Shown here: piece after piece, positions 33,337 to 45,723 of the stretch
Numbering within the stretch: position 1 is the first letter of the stretch
Layout: every line of letters begins with the position of its first letter
Source: Eledone cirrhosa
Lineage: Eukaryota
Assembly: GCA_964016885.1 (NCBI GenBank)
Contig: OZ024740.1
Coordinates: 426,126,001-426,190,000, forward strand
Length of the DNA: 64,000 nucleotides
Reading direction: 5' to 3'
Notes under the pieces: generated by a model
Told to the model about the DNA's origin: nothing
Seen by the model: the letters and a program-made list of their open reading frames with translations, nothing else
Databases searched by the model: none
Translations under genes and position numbers: made by a program

Positions 33337-34687
33337 TTGTAATAATAATAAATTTGAAGACTAAAATCCAAAGCAGTGGTGAAAGATTAAAATCCAAAGC
33401 ATAAGGGTGAAAGCAGCGATTCTTTGCTTAAACTTTAATCTGTTATTTTAATATATATATATATATATATATAGGAACGAGTAGGATCCCGACCTTTGAG
33501 CTCAAGCCGTTTCGACGGCTAATTCTGGACTAAATAAAAAATGTTATCCTGGTATTTGAATAGCCGAGCTTCTCAGGGGGTAATTCCATATATGGTAAAA
33601 GTGATTGTCACAAGGATTGGTCAAAAGTTTGTTGTTGAGAAATAATAATTCTATCATGGCAATTTGTGGAGGGAAGGGGTAGCTGAACCTACCAGTAGAG
33701 GAAGGCGGGAGAGGGGGTGGAGGAAACCCAGTCGTGCGTTGATAGTGCCAACTACAGCTGGGCATGAGGTCAAAGAAGATACTAGGGTGGGGGGAGTCGA
33801 AACAATAAGTAAAACAATATGGGGTAAATATATAGAGAAATACCTAGAGTGTTAAAAAACAATTAAAAGTAAAAAAAAAACGTTTCTGGTTACTATAACC
33901 TAAGGACAGCTATCAAGTCTCTCACTGGTACTGCTAGACTAAAGAAAGGTATACTAGGTGGGACGGAATTATGAGACCCTTTCAAGAGGTATAAGTAAAC
34001 AACCGAATATATCTTACGGTGACGGGTCAACAAGTGGGGGGCCAAAATACTAAAGAAACTACCACGAAATAATAATTCAGAGTCCCGAAACCAGTACGAA
34101 ATAAAGGTTTCTACCCCAGGCACAAGGCCAGCAACCACCCAGTGCAAAAAAAATAAACTAATACGAAATAATAATTCAGAATACCGAGAAAGAAAACTAA
34201 TACTATCTCTAAGGGTGCCGCCACGATACAAAAATTCTAGTGCAAACTACATAAATGCTCCTATGAAGTATATGTAAAATTTGATACGGAAAATTAATTC
34301 AGAATCCCCCCCCCCCCCCCCCCACACGCAAAAAAAGATATATACTGATAAGCGAGAAATTAAAGCAGAGATACCACTAAGAAATATAGAAAACACGGAC
34401 AAGGGGCGGCCATCGGATAAGAAGGCAAGTATCCGGGGTCTAACACATCTGCTATAAAAAGCGGCGTCGGCCAAATCTATCATAGAATAGGGGAAGGGGG
34501 TGGGGGTACTGAGGCTACAAAGGACCGAGGGGCTGCCTCGGGTGGGCGAGAAAGTAAAGGGACGACGACAAAGAAAGAGGACTGGGATGGAAGGATTAGG
34601 GAGGGATGGGGGAAGAAAGAAATATAGAGGAAGTGATAAAAAGATATAAAAGATCTTAGGTCTACCTTTGCAAGCAGGGGTTACCCA

Positions 34688-36883
34688 TTACAAAATCGGT
34701 AAGTGGGGTGTTATAGCCCTATTATACCCCCCCTCCCCCGGGTCATTATGGGGTTTGAGGGTGAGGTAAGTCCTACGCAATCTGTGTTTACATGCAGTTA
34801 CCAGTTCATCTTTCTTGTTTAGGAGTTGGTCCGTCGAAAACAACATTTGTAAAGTTTCCTCCGAGCATAAATTGCACGGACGGCGTCCTCCCGTGTAAGA
34901 GTTGGCTCTGGACAGTAAGCTCCAAGTGAGATCATAGGTAATATTGTTATCCTTGAGGTCCCATATGTGGCCCGAAAGTGTAGTGGCGTGACGCCGGGCC
35001 GGGTTTCGGAAGGTATGTCTGTGTTGGTATAGCCGGGTCTTGAAGTCACATGCGGTTAATCCTATATAAGCTTTGTTGGAGGTGTCCGTCCTCACGTTGC
35101 ACTGGTAAATCACATTACGATCTCTGCATCTGTTGTCGAGGGGGAAAATGGATCCATCAGGACAGTTGCACCTCCTGGTCGGCTTTCTACTGCTATTTAG
35201 GTTATTTCTTCCATAGGGGTTGAGTTTTTTGTTGTTAGAGGAGACGTTGCTTTGTGCAAAGTTTGGTGTGGTGCTGTAGGAGAGTTTGATGGTATTTTTG
35301 TTAATTATGTTGTGGTAGCGGTGGTGTAGTGGGAAGTGTTTTTCAATAAGCCTAAAGAAGATTTTCCCGATAGGAGTTGTCACCTCGGCGTTGTGGGGAG
35401 GATTGAACCATGTTACGTTGCGTGAGCGGCGGTGTCGCCTGCTGGTTCCGCTAATGGAAGCTGGACAGTAGGTTATTTCCTCCCGGAAACCACTCCGCTT
35501 GAGGGCCTGGTTGTAATAAGGCGCGTGTTCCTCGAATATCTGCTCATTAGCTGACAAACGAGATATGCGGAGGGAGATGTTTTTAACCAGGTTATTGGTG
35601 ATGTTCCTAGGATGGTTTGACCGGCGGTAGATGTAGTGCAGGTTGTCGTTAGGTTTCCTGTATGGGTAGTACAGATCATTATCGAGGTCAAGGGTAACGT
35701 CCAGGAAGTTTACTCGGGTCAGGTACGTTAGTAGGGTTATTTTAAATCCCCAGTCGCGGAAGAAGCTGATTAATTGTTTACGGACCCGATCTGTACTACT
35801 GGGATTGTACCCTTTAAGGGTAAGGAGTCCATCATCACGGTACAATCCACCGCCGAATGCAGGAAGCATATCGGTGAGTTTGGCTATTAGGAATAATCCT
35901 ATAAGATCTGTGACCTCAGCCGAATCCGTCGCGCCCATGCTGACGTCGAAGGGTGAGTCGGGAGCTCTCTTTATCCATTTGGAGTTGTCGAAGAGTAAGA
36001 CTGTCTTCCTGGCGTGGAGGATGATGTTTCTTTCCTGGTCGGTGATGGGCACAAGTGTTTCGGCGAAGTCCAAGGCAGCCGTAAGTAGCGGTAAAGTAAT
36101 TGGAGCATAGTAGCTCTCTATGTCAAACTGGATGAATTTAGTGTCTCGTTTTTCCTCCATATTGCTGAACCATGAGATTACTTCCTGGGTGTTGACCCAT
36201 AGGCTAAGTCTGGCGTGTTGCTTAACTTTTGGTATAACGCGGTCTAGGATTTGTTTGCTGATTCTCCCTATGTCGGACTTCGTTGGGTTTATAAGCCTGA
36301 TAGAAGGTTTACGGTCGAAATCAGATTTGTGGTCCTTCAGTGTGAAGTGGGGTGTCCGTGGGTCCAGGGGTTCCGTGCGGTCGGCGACCCCGAGACTGGA
36401 GTTAATTTGTTGTCCATCTCGATTTATGTCCTCGATGCATGAGTGGTTAGCCTTTTTATAGGTGGAGTTTAGGCTGCTCCTGATGAGTGTGTGCTATCTG
36501 TCGGGGTTGACAAAGTAGAGGTTACCAGTTTTATCCGAGTGCACCATGATGTCATTGGTGTTATCATACTCTGTTAAGTTGCTACGGAGTTTTTGTAGGA
36601 ATCGGTTGTGTCTGGGTTTGAATTTAATGTTCTTGACCAGTTGGAAAAGGTCATTCTCGAAGGGTGAGAGCATAGGGTTCGGAGGGGGAGATTTGTAGGT
36701 AATAAATCCGAATCTCTCCTTGGTACCGAAGTCTTGATTGTCGCAATATCTGTCGTAGAAAAAAGTTCTCCATCTAAGTCTTTTCGCAAATGGATCGATT
36801 TTTTGCGTGAGCATCCGAAGGTAAAGTTTTTTCGGTGGGACTGGGATGTTCTTGGTAGAGAAGTCGATGTTGTGTTTTCGCAT
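34688..36883 (-). pseudogene. Naiad RT / GIY-YIG ORF (~731 codons) with a single in-frame TAG at 36494-36496
   Basis: FSTKNIPVP; TLKDHK..RLINPTKSDIGRISKQILD; FDIESYY; MGA; GLYRDDGL; WFNPP; VIY..YIG; CNLC; track ORFs 36494-37006 and 34688-36160 are in the same frame. Confidence 0.92.
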
Positions 36884-37741
36884 GGTACGGGTGAAAGAAC
36901 TTGAGCGTGGTAGGGTCGGAAAGTGCTCTACTACGGGAATAGGAGCTAGATAACGAAGGAAATGTGGTAAGGAACCAGGTGGACCATAACGCACCAGATG
37001 AATCAATACTTAGGGTAGTAGAGTGGGTAATAGGAACGAGTAGGACCCCGACAGCTGAGCTCAAGCCGTTTCGACGGCTAATTCTGGACTAAATAACATT
37101 TTTTATCCTGGTATTTGAATAACCGAACTTCTCAGGGGGTAATTCCATATATGGTAAAAGTGATTGTCACAAGGATTGGTCAAAAGTTTGTTGTTGAGAA
37201 ATAATAATTCTATCATGGCAATTTGTGGAGGGAAGTGGTAGCTGAACCTACCAGTAGAGGAAGGAGGGAGAGGGGGTGGAGGAAACCCAGTCGTGCGTTG
37301 ATAGTGCCAACTACAGCTGGGCATGAGGTCAAAGAAGATACTAGGGGGGGGGGGGGGGGTCAAAACAATAAGTAAAACAATATGGGGTAAATATATTGAG
37401 AAATACCGAGAAATACCGAGAAATACCGAGAGTGTTAAAAAACAATAATTGTTTTTTAACACTCTCGGTATTTCTCGGTATTTCTCGGTATTTCTCAATA
37501 TATTTACACCATACTTATTGTTTCGACTCCCCCCCCCTAGTATCTTCTTTGACCTCATGCCCAGCTGTAGTTGGCACTATCAACGCACGACTGGGTTTCC
37601 TCCACCCTATCTCCCCCCTTCCTCTACTGGTAGGTTCAGCTACCCCTTCCCTCCACAAATTGCCATGATAGAATTATTATTTCACAACAACAAACTTTTG
37701 ACCAATCCTTGTGACAATCACTTTTACCATATATGGAATTG

Positions 37742-37835
37742 CCCCCTGAGAAGCTCGGCTATTCAAATACCAGGATAACATTTTTTATTTAGTCCAGAAT
37801 TAGCCGTCGAAACGGCTTGAGCTCAGCCGTCGGGG
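37742..37835 (+). ncRNA. Type I HHR variant with long helix II (copies at 37046-37139(-) and 33488-33580(-))
   Basis: CCCC-CTGAGAA-G..CGGCTA..[loop]..TAGCCG.C-GAA-ACGGCT TGAGCTC AGCCGT-C-GGGG. Confidence 0.75.
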
Positions 37836-37928
37836 TCCTACTCCTTCCTATTACTCACTCTACTACCCTAAGTATTGAGTACTTTGGTGCGTTATGGTCC
37901 ACCTGGTTCCTTACCACATTTCCTTCGT

Positions 37929-37964
<36 letters not shown>

Positions 37965-37968
<4 letters not shown>

Positions 37969-38216
37969 AAAGGTAAACAGAAATAACACAATCGGTACAA
38001 TATATAGAAGGGATATATTAGGTTAATGCTTGATATAGCAGGAAGAGGATCTTAACGTTTCGGACGCTAGTCCTTCTTCAGAAGAAAGAATGAGAAATAA
38101 GATAGATTGAGGGGACGGGCGGGATGGAATTGGAAACAATGTTTTTATATAAAGATAACAGGTCCATTCCTGTTGACATCTCTTGCAAAACTGTTGGTGC
38201 TGGCGTTTTGTGTATG
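37965..38216 (-). mobile_element. Solo PLE pLTR fragment with minimal HHR at 38050-38084
   Basis: TCTT-CTGAAGA-A-GGAC TAGC GTCC-GAA-ACGT-T-AAGA; (TA)n flanks. Confidence 0.82.
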
Positions 38217-39481
38217 ATATATATACATATATACATATATATACATAAATATATGCATAAACACACACACTCACACACACATACTTATATATAGGTTTGT
38301 GTGTGCGCGTGTGTCAGTGAGAGTATGTGAATGTGTGAGTGTGTGATTTTGTGTGAGTATGGTTGTGGGCGTGTGTGTAAGTGAGAGTATGTCAGTGTGT
38401 GTGTACGAGTGAGAGTATGTGAGTTGGCGTGTATATCTGTGTGTGTCTGTATGTTTATGTGTGTGTGTGTGCATATACGTGTTTTTATGTCTTCGTGTGC
38501 GTATTTCTATCATGCAATAAGTAGAAAACTATCACTATAGCGAATGTGGCCATAACTGTGGCGTGCGCTATCTCACTGGTTCATTGAGGCTAAATCATAT
38601 AGTTCTTTCACTGTCATTGCGCCATGTTTCTTCTGGAATAACCATAAAAGAACTAGACACTTTAAACTAAACGAAACAGTTTTGTTACCCACGGCACATA
38701 TGGTGCGAACTTTGAGCAGCAAGAGAATTCCTTTTATTGTGCTGGACAAACATATATTTCAACTCATTTACTTTTTTCTCCGTTTCATTCCTGTTGATCA
38801 GCTTACACTACACACACGCACACACACACACACACAGACTCCCCCCTGAGACACACACACACACATATATATATATAGAGAGAGAGAGTTAAAGCCCGGG
38901 CGACCACAATAAATAAGGTACTCAATACATTAGTTGAGTGAAAACATCAACATTTAATATAAAAATGGCTTCTACAGGATTAGAACTGTTTCATTCGTAT
39001 GATTTTACATATATATATGGTCATACATACAGATGACGTCTCGAACTCTTGACCAATCAATGAGCCGCGAAAACAGGATGATGACAGATGAAAGAAATTC
39101 AAAGGGTCGGAGTGCAACAGACAGAGGATTTGCTTCGACGTCGCTAGACGTATGTGAGGAACTTGCGAATCCAGAGTCAGGTTCGATCCACAAACAGATC
39201 GCACCTCGAGCTGTTCGCCGGAGAAAATTGTAATACGTTAATAAATTGTCTTCCGATGCATCACTGATTCTTCGTTTTCCATATTATTATACTCTGTTCT
39301 AAAGGAGCATAGAGTGCTCAATCGGCATACCGCCTATGGACGCATCCTAGCAACCAAACTACCTCTGGAAATGGAAATAGAAAGACCTTTGACATGCCGA
39401 GCTTAAGCACTTTTTTGAAAGTAAAGGGAAACAGGTAGCATTTGAAGGTGGCGGGTGACAGGGAAGTTGACGGTAAGCTAG

Positions 39482-39506
<25 letters not shown>

Positions 39507-39513
<7 letters not shown>

Positions 39514-39719
39514 GAAGGAAATGTGGTAAGGAACCAGATGGACCATAACGCACAAAAGTACTCAATACTTAGGATAGTAGAGTGGGTAATAGGAACAAGT
39601 ATGAACCCGACGGCAGAGCTCAAGCCGTTTCGGCGGCTAATTCTGGACTCCAGAATTAGCCGGTCCAGAATTAGCCGTCGAAACGGCTTGAGCTCTGCCG
39701 TCGGGGTCATACTTGTTCC
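39507..39719. mobile_element. Asymmetric foldback of Naiad pLTR tips
   Basis: Arms match 36950-37090; small CCAGAATTAGCCG duplication at the centre; (TA)n flanks. Confidence 0.88.
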
Positions 39720-39882
39720 TATATATATATATATATATATTAGAAAAGGGAAGTAAGGTTCTATACAAAACAATGGATATAGAGAAAAGGTGAAGTTGGA
39801 AATAGCACGGAAAATATATTTTAGGGTCTGTTTTTTTGTTTTTTATTTCCTTTCTTTGATTCGTCAAAGTGACATTATTAGT

Positions 39883-40066
39883 GGATTGGCAGTATCGATA
39901 GAGGGTCGGACACGATGCTTTCCAGCATAGTTACGTCCTTTTACGATCTGAGTTCAAATCCCGCCGAGGTTGACTTTGCCTTTCATCCTTACGGGGTCGA
40001 TAAAATAAAGTACCAGTAATGCACTGGATAATTGCTGGCCTTGTGCCAAAAATAGAAACAATTATT
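39883..40066 (+). mobile_element. SINE family A, full length
   Basis: Match to other copies. Confidence 0.9.
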
Positions 40067-41310
40067 GAAACAATGACATTATTGAGAAAATGAGCGGGAC
40101 AATTCTTTTAAAAAAGAGTTTTATAATGTATATAAAGTATATAAAGTATATAAAGTCTTATCCGTTTCGATGTATTATTCAAATTAATCTTATCAAATGT
40201 TGAGTATTACAATTAAAAAGAATTAATAAGGATTAAAAACTAAAAATTAGATTTAAAATCTAGTGTTGAGTAAGTTTTTTTTCCATCTTTCTTGTGGAAA
40301 AGGAGACTGGAGAATTAGTTCTTGTGTATAGGGAGAGGTGTGTAGTCATTATAGTAACAGCTGTGTTGGTAGTTGTGTTTCTTCACAGAACAAAATTGTT
40401 TTTTTTTGGGGGGGGGGGGGGGGCAAAGGAAATATTCTGTAACTATGTGTGTGTATATCTGATTGTGTTAATTGACTAGTCAAGAGTTCAAATGGGGGTG
40501 GCAAAGGGGATAGGGAATTGTAAGCTAGAGACAAATTCTATGGCAACCGTAGGGTTGTAAAAGAAATTCTAATATTGGAATGTGGTTTTAGGGTGTATAA
40601 TAATATAATAATATTAATATATTAAAAAAATAAATTGTTAGTGTTAGTAAAAATGGAAGGTTGCTCCCAGAAACAAGTTTGTTGATGACATAATAGCTTC
40701 TTTTTAATGTTTTTTAAATTTTTGTATTTTCTCTGTCTTTTTGCATTGTTTATAATTATGTATATGCATGCGAGATTTCTTGTGTATGTACCCGTGAATG
40801 TGGGTGAGTTTGGGTTCGCTCGTGTGATTGTGTGCAGGTTTCTGTGCGTCGAATATGCATTACATGTTTCTCCTAAGTACTCACAGTTATTGTCGTACAC
40901 TATACCACTGATCATCTTATGTTGTATGCAACATTTCTTCTTTTACAATTTATGCTGAGACTTGCCTTACAATTCTGATTAGTACATCGACGCTGAAACT
41001 ACTATAGGACACACACCAGTCGAATTATTTGAAGCAGTCCCAAATAACTGAATGGTGCAAAAAGTTGATAAATTTCTCGATCTCAGTTAACGCATAAAGA
41101 TATATAAATATGGAACAATGAATGCATCAAATATATATATAAGTTTATCCTGGGTTCAATCGGGGGTAAGTATGGTGCACAATACAAAGCAGAGTATAAA
41201 TATTTAATTCTTTCTTTAAACCTATCAACCAATGACCTCAACCGATCCTAATCACCAACCCCTCCTACCACCAGAAAAGATATGAATACCACCATATTAC
41301 TTGGACAGAT

Positions 41311-41359
41311 GCTTCCTGGTGATTTCTCCCGAATGAAACAGTTCTAGGGATGTAGAAGC
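41311..41359 (+). ncRNA. HHR with A6G core mutation in a pLTR remnant
   Basis: GCTTC-CTGGTGA-TTTC TCCC GAAT-GAA-ACA..TGT-A-GAAGC; 3' halves also at 17217-17260(+) and 38965-39000(-). Confidence 0.6.
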
Positions 41360-41485
41360 CTTTCTATATTAAATATAATACACTCTGTCTAGCTCTACAC
41401 CTCGACACTGAAGTGAACCTAAACATCGAGTGCTCACTCGGGTGAACCTATAATAACTCCAAGTTACACTCCCTGGATATATATA

Positions 41486-42254
41486 TGTATTAGTTTTGCG
41501 AGGTTTTTTATATGAAATCGTGTGTCGAAACAAATATTGTTATACTTGGGGAGGGTCATATTTGTGTAATATTGCCAGAATTAATAACAGAACACACTCA
41601 CTGTGTGGTTGGTTTTCGTTTTTCGCTTCTGTGTCTTTTATATCGGTTAATTTAATTTATTCGGTCCTCAATGTTGCCATTGACTGACCAACGGTCAAAA
41701 ATACAGATACAATATAAACCAACCAAACAGTGAGTGTGTTCTGTTATTACTTCTGGCAATATTACAATAAATAAATAAATAAATACATACACAAGCACAA
41801 TAACAACAAACACATATAAACACACACTAGTAAATATAGAATACATTAACCAATTCAGAGTCACCCAATCACGAACACACATCAAACAAAACACTATACA
41901 CACACGCAAACGCATGCGCAAAGAAGACAAAAAAATAAACAAATAAATAAATATATAAACAGACTAAATAAAGATAGCGTAGAAAATACAATGCAACGGG
42001 AGGAAACAATAGCACCACTGACGATGTTGCAGATTTGTAACGAAAGAACTTTAATAAACTATATATATGTGTCTGTGTCTATATTGTATCTGTATTTTTG
42101 ACCGTTGGTCAGTCAATGGCAACATTGAGGACCGAATAAATTAAATTAACCGATATAAAAGACACAGAAGCGAAAAGCGAAAACCAACCAAACAGTGAGT
42201 GTGTTCTGTTATTAATTATGGCAATATTACACAAATATGACCCTCCCCAAGTAT

Positions 42255-42259
<5 letters not shown>
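41486..42259. mobile_element. Non-coding inverted pLTR pair related to the 24231-27059 family, HHR core at 42018-42052
   Basis: 41533-41715 is the inverse of 42080-42259; CTGACGA-T-GTTGCAG AT TTGTAAC-GAAA; stem I decayed. Confidence 0.8.
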
Positions 42260-42323
<64 letters not shown>

Positions 42324-42938
42324 TAACAGATTAAAGTTTAAGCAAAGAATCGCTGCTTTCACCCTTAAGAAGGATCGCGCTAAGGGTGAAACAGCGATTC
42401 TTTGCTTAAACTTTAATCTGTTATTTTAATAAATATTTGTTCTACGCTTCTTATATATCTGATATCCTTATCGAGCCCTCTTTGGATTTTAGTCTTCAAA
42501 TGTATAATTACTACTATATAGTAATCAAGAGACATGGGGGAAATTTGAAATATGTAATGATGTGTGTATGCAGCACGAATGGACATAATAACTGTAGATC
42601 ACTACAGGCAATTTTTGAGACAACCGAGGGCGGAAAGAATTGGATAGAAGTGTTATCCGCTTTTATAGTGGTGGACTTTTATGATAGGAATTAGTGTTGG
42701 AATACACTCACATTTCAATTCTGAATGTATATATGTATTTATATGAATTTACATGTAAATATATCTACGTTTGAATTTATATGTATTTATTAACACATGA
42801 AAAATAGCTAGATCAGCTGATGTCTGTGATTGAAGTATTTTTAAGTGAAGAAATTCCTTGCACATACATACGTACACACATACATACACACATAATACAT
42901 ACATTCATACCGCCATCCATACATACATACATATATAC

Positions 42939-43525
42939 ATGGTGGCTGCCAACTCGATTTCAAGTACGGCCACTACTTTATATCCATGTAGGAGAACCTC
43001 TACCGATGCGCTGAACGAGTGTGACTTTTTATTCCAGCCAGCGACAAACACTACACTTGTGACAATTATTGACACATTGTGCTGTGTCCATGGTACCATG
43101 TGATGACAAGTGTAGAGAGATCTCCAGATATAAAGCAATGCCTGTGCCGTGAAGCTTTTATAGTGAGCAAAGGCACTGCACAAAGCCAGTCCCACTCTCT
43201 TAACCAAGATGATATTTACCAAAAAGAACAAGTCAACATCATTGGATACCATAAGAGTTGCAGGTGTTATATCAGTTTTCCTTCTCCTAGAATTCTACCT
43301 TGACAAAGGCTAAGGGGTCATCTCTCCTGGTGATTTTGGATGGCTATTGACTCTTAAGAGCTCCTTTGCCCTTTGATAAGTTTTGTTTTTAGTCCTGCAA
43401 GATGTCCAGTCACCCTCCTCACCAAGTAACCTTGGTGGGGTTGCCAGTTTAGTCGCCAACGGCGCGACCATGAGACAGGTTGTACTGGGATACATGTTAC
43501 CAGTAGTACCAACTGGTGACCTGAC
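42939..43525 (-). mobile_element. Non-autonomous retroelement with RTE-like 5' end; second, truncated copy at 54101-54510
   Basis: Two near-identical copies with the same 3' end (GGCAGCCACC) at (TA)n; no coding homology recognised. Confidence 0.65.
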
Positions 43526-43880
43526 ATAATACATACATATATACATACATACATATATACACCCATTCATCTATCCATACATACATATATACATTTATCC
43601 ATCCATATACCCACCCATAATCCACCCATCCATCTACACATACATACATAGGTAACTACCTATATATATATACATGCATACATACATACATACATAGCTA
43701 ACTACCTATATTATACATACATATATACATACATAGCTAACTACCTATATATATATATATATATATATGCATACATACATAGCTAACTACCTATATATTT
43801 ATACATACATATATACATAGCTAACTACCTATATATATATATATATATATGTATATACATACATACATAAATAGCTAACT

Positions 43881-45008
43881 CCGTTCAAACGGAGGGCCGG
43901 GGAAACCGTGGCTGACGATGCGCAACCACGCGCTCAGGCTGCGGCACCTCCATGTATTCCTCACCGGACAACCGGTGTAGGTCCCGTTCATGAGGCGAGC
44001 CTTCCCACGACTCGTCTCGCTGACCGAGCTGCAGTCCTGGGTCAAGCAAAGACCGAGGAAAATGGGCGACTGGTACATCGAATGTGCTCAGGCGCTCACA
44101 GTCCTCTTGCAAACAGACCCGGCGATCAGTGGAGACTCCAATTCGACATTCTATAGAGGGTTGGTCCGCAGCAAGTGCGACGACGCGCTCGGAGAAACTC
44201 TGGGCGTAGAGGAGGACGAACTGGCCAGTTTGTTCGGTAGGATCTGCCGCCCGGGATCAATGGACAACTTCCAAAAGTCCCTGGCCTGGCAGTGCTACCG
44301 AGGAGCTCTACCAGTTCGAGACAAGCTCTACAGACACGGGCGCCTGCGTAGAGACCCTTCGAAAAAGATCTGTCCGAGATGCGTGCGCGACGAGGAAACC
44401 GTCGCGCACGCATTTGTACACTGCCCGGGCGTTACCGACCTGTGGGGCTATGAAGAACGACTATTGTCGCGGGTGGGACCAATCCAGTTGACCACCGAGT
44501 CCATTGACATGATGAAACCGTCACCCTCCTTCAACAACGAGGGAGATGCGCTTTATTGCTATGGTGAAAGAGGTTATATGGTGGACGACGTTAAAAGGGC
44601 TGAGGTCAGACACCTTTCTCTCCGTCCAGCAACTGATTCGTTTTTTCAAATATCATTTTGGAAGAAGAATCAGGATGGAGAGAGAGGTGCTGTACCCCAG
44701 CAAATTTTTATAAAAGGTGGGTGAATGTGGCAAAGATGGCCCGAGTGGTTTGGCCTTCTCTCTATATAAGCCTGTAGGTTGAGGAGAAAGAGGAAGAGAG
44801 GAAGGGTGTACTCTCTTGGTGCTCCTGGAGATGAGGGTTGTACATTTTTTCGGCGTGTGTACAACCCCTCTGTAACGCCTCCCCCTATTGGGGATATCAA
44901 TTGTTATTTGTTATTTTATTAATAGTTTTATTTTCATATACCTGTATGTAAACTCCCCATTTGTATTTGTCCCCTTCTTTTGTGCCCCTGTGGCTAATAA
45001 AGACATTT
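43881..45008 (+). mobile_element. Tx1/L1-type LINE 3' end (zf-RVT region and 3' UTR)
   Basis: SLAWQCYRGALPVRDKL..CPRC..EETVAHAFVHC..LW; frameshifted; AATAAA at the end. Confidence 0.85.
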
Positions 45009-45557
45009 ATATTATCAGTGGGGTAATGATAACAATAATGATCCTACCAACCCACCAACATGGAATAATACATACATGATGTCCCCCTCTCTATTTCCAA
45101 AACTGCCATCATGTAACCCCACATATGTGGTACCAGAACAAAAAAAATTTTTCCATCCACAGTCAGCCATGATTATGTATCACATGTGAACATGTTTAGA
45201 TCAAGTGATGCCTGTGCTTCATGTTGAAAGGGTGTATGTGTGTGTTTGTAGTTTGTCTGTGTGTTAGTGTGTCTGTTAGTGTGAGTGAGCGAATGGGTAT
45301 ATGCGTTTGTGTGTGTGTGTGTGTGTGTGAGTGTGTGTTAGTGTGCTTGTGTGTATGTGTGCGTATGTTTGTGTGTGTACGTATGTGTATGTGTATGTAT
45401 GTTTGTATGGGTGTGTGTGTGTCTATGTGTGAATTGTTGTGAGTGCACGAGTGTATATATGTCTATATATGTTAGTGTGTAAGTATGTATGTGTGTTAGT
45501 GTTATGGTGAGTGTGTATTCATGTATTAGTGTGGATGTGTGCTGGTGTCTGCTTTCA

Positions 45558-45614
<57 letters not shown>

Positions 45615-45723
45615 GTGTATGTGTGTGTGTATAACCCGTGAACTAACGGTTTGACAAAAGGAAAATCATAAAAATAATTACAAGACTTGAAGAAATAAAA
45701 TGATTGACAGAAACGTTTGAAAT

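Larger units (their letters stand above)
33473..37930 (-). mobile_element. Near full-length Naiad-type Penelope-like element with three pLTRs
   Basis: Direct pLTRs at 33473-33865 and 36950-37445, inverted pLTR at 37448-37930; each carries an HHR; (TA)n flanks. Confidence 0.93.

Noticed and set aside
34688-36883. Selenocysteine-encoding Naiad
   Set aside because: The in-frame stop is TAG at a probable Tyr position; no in-frame TGA at Cys positions in any of the three Naiad ORFs
39033-39233. 66-aa ORF after CAG as possible terminal exon
   Set aside because: No recognisable homology and it lies within a (TA)n-flanked insert
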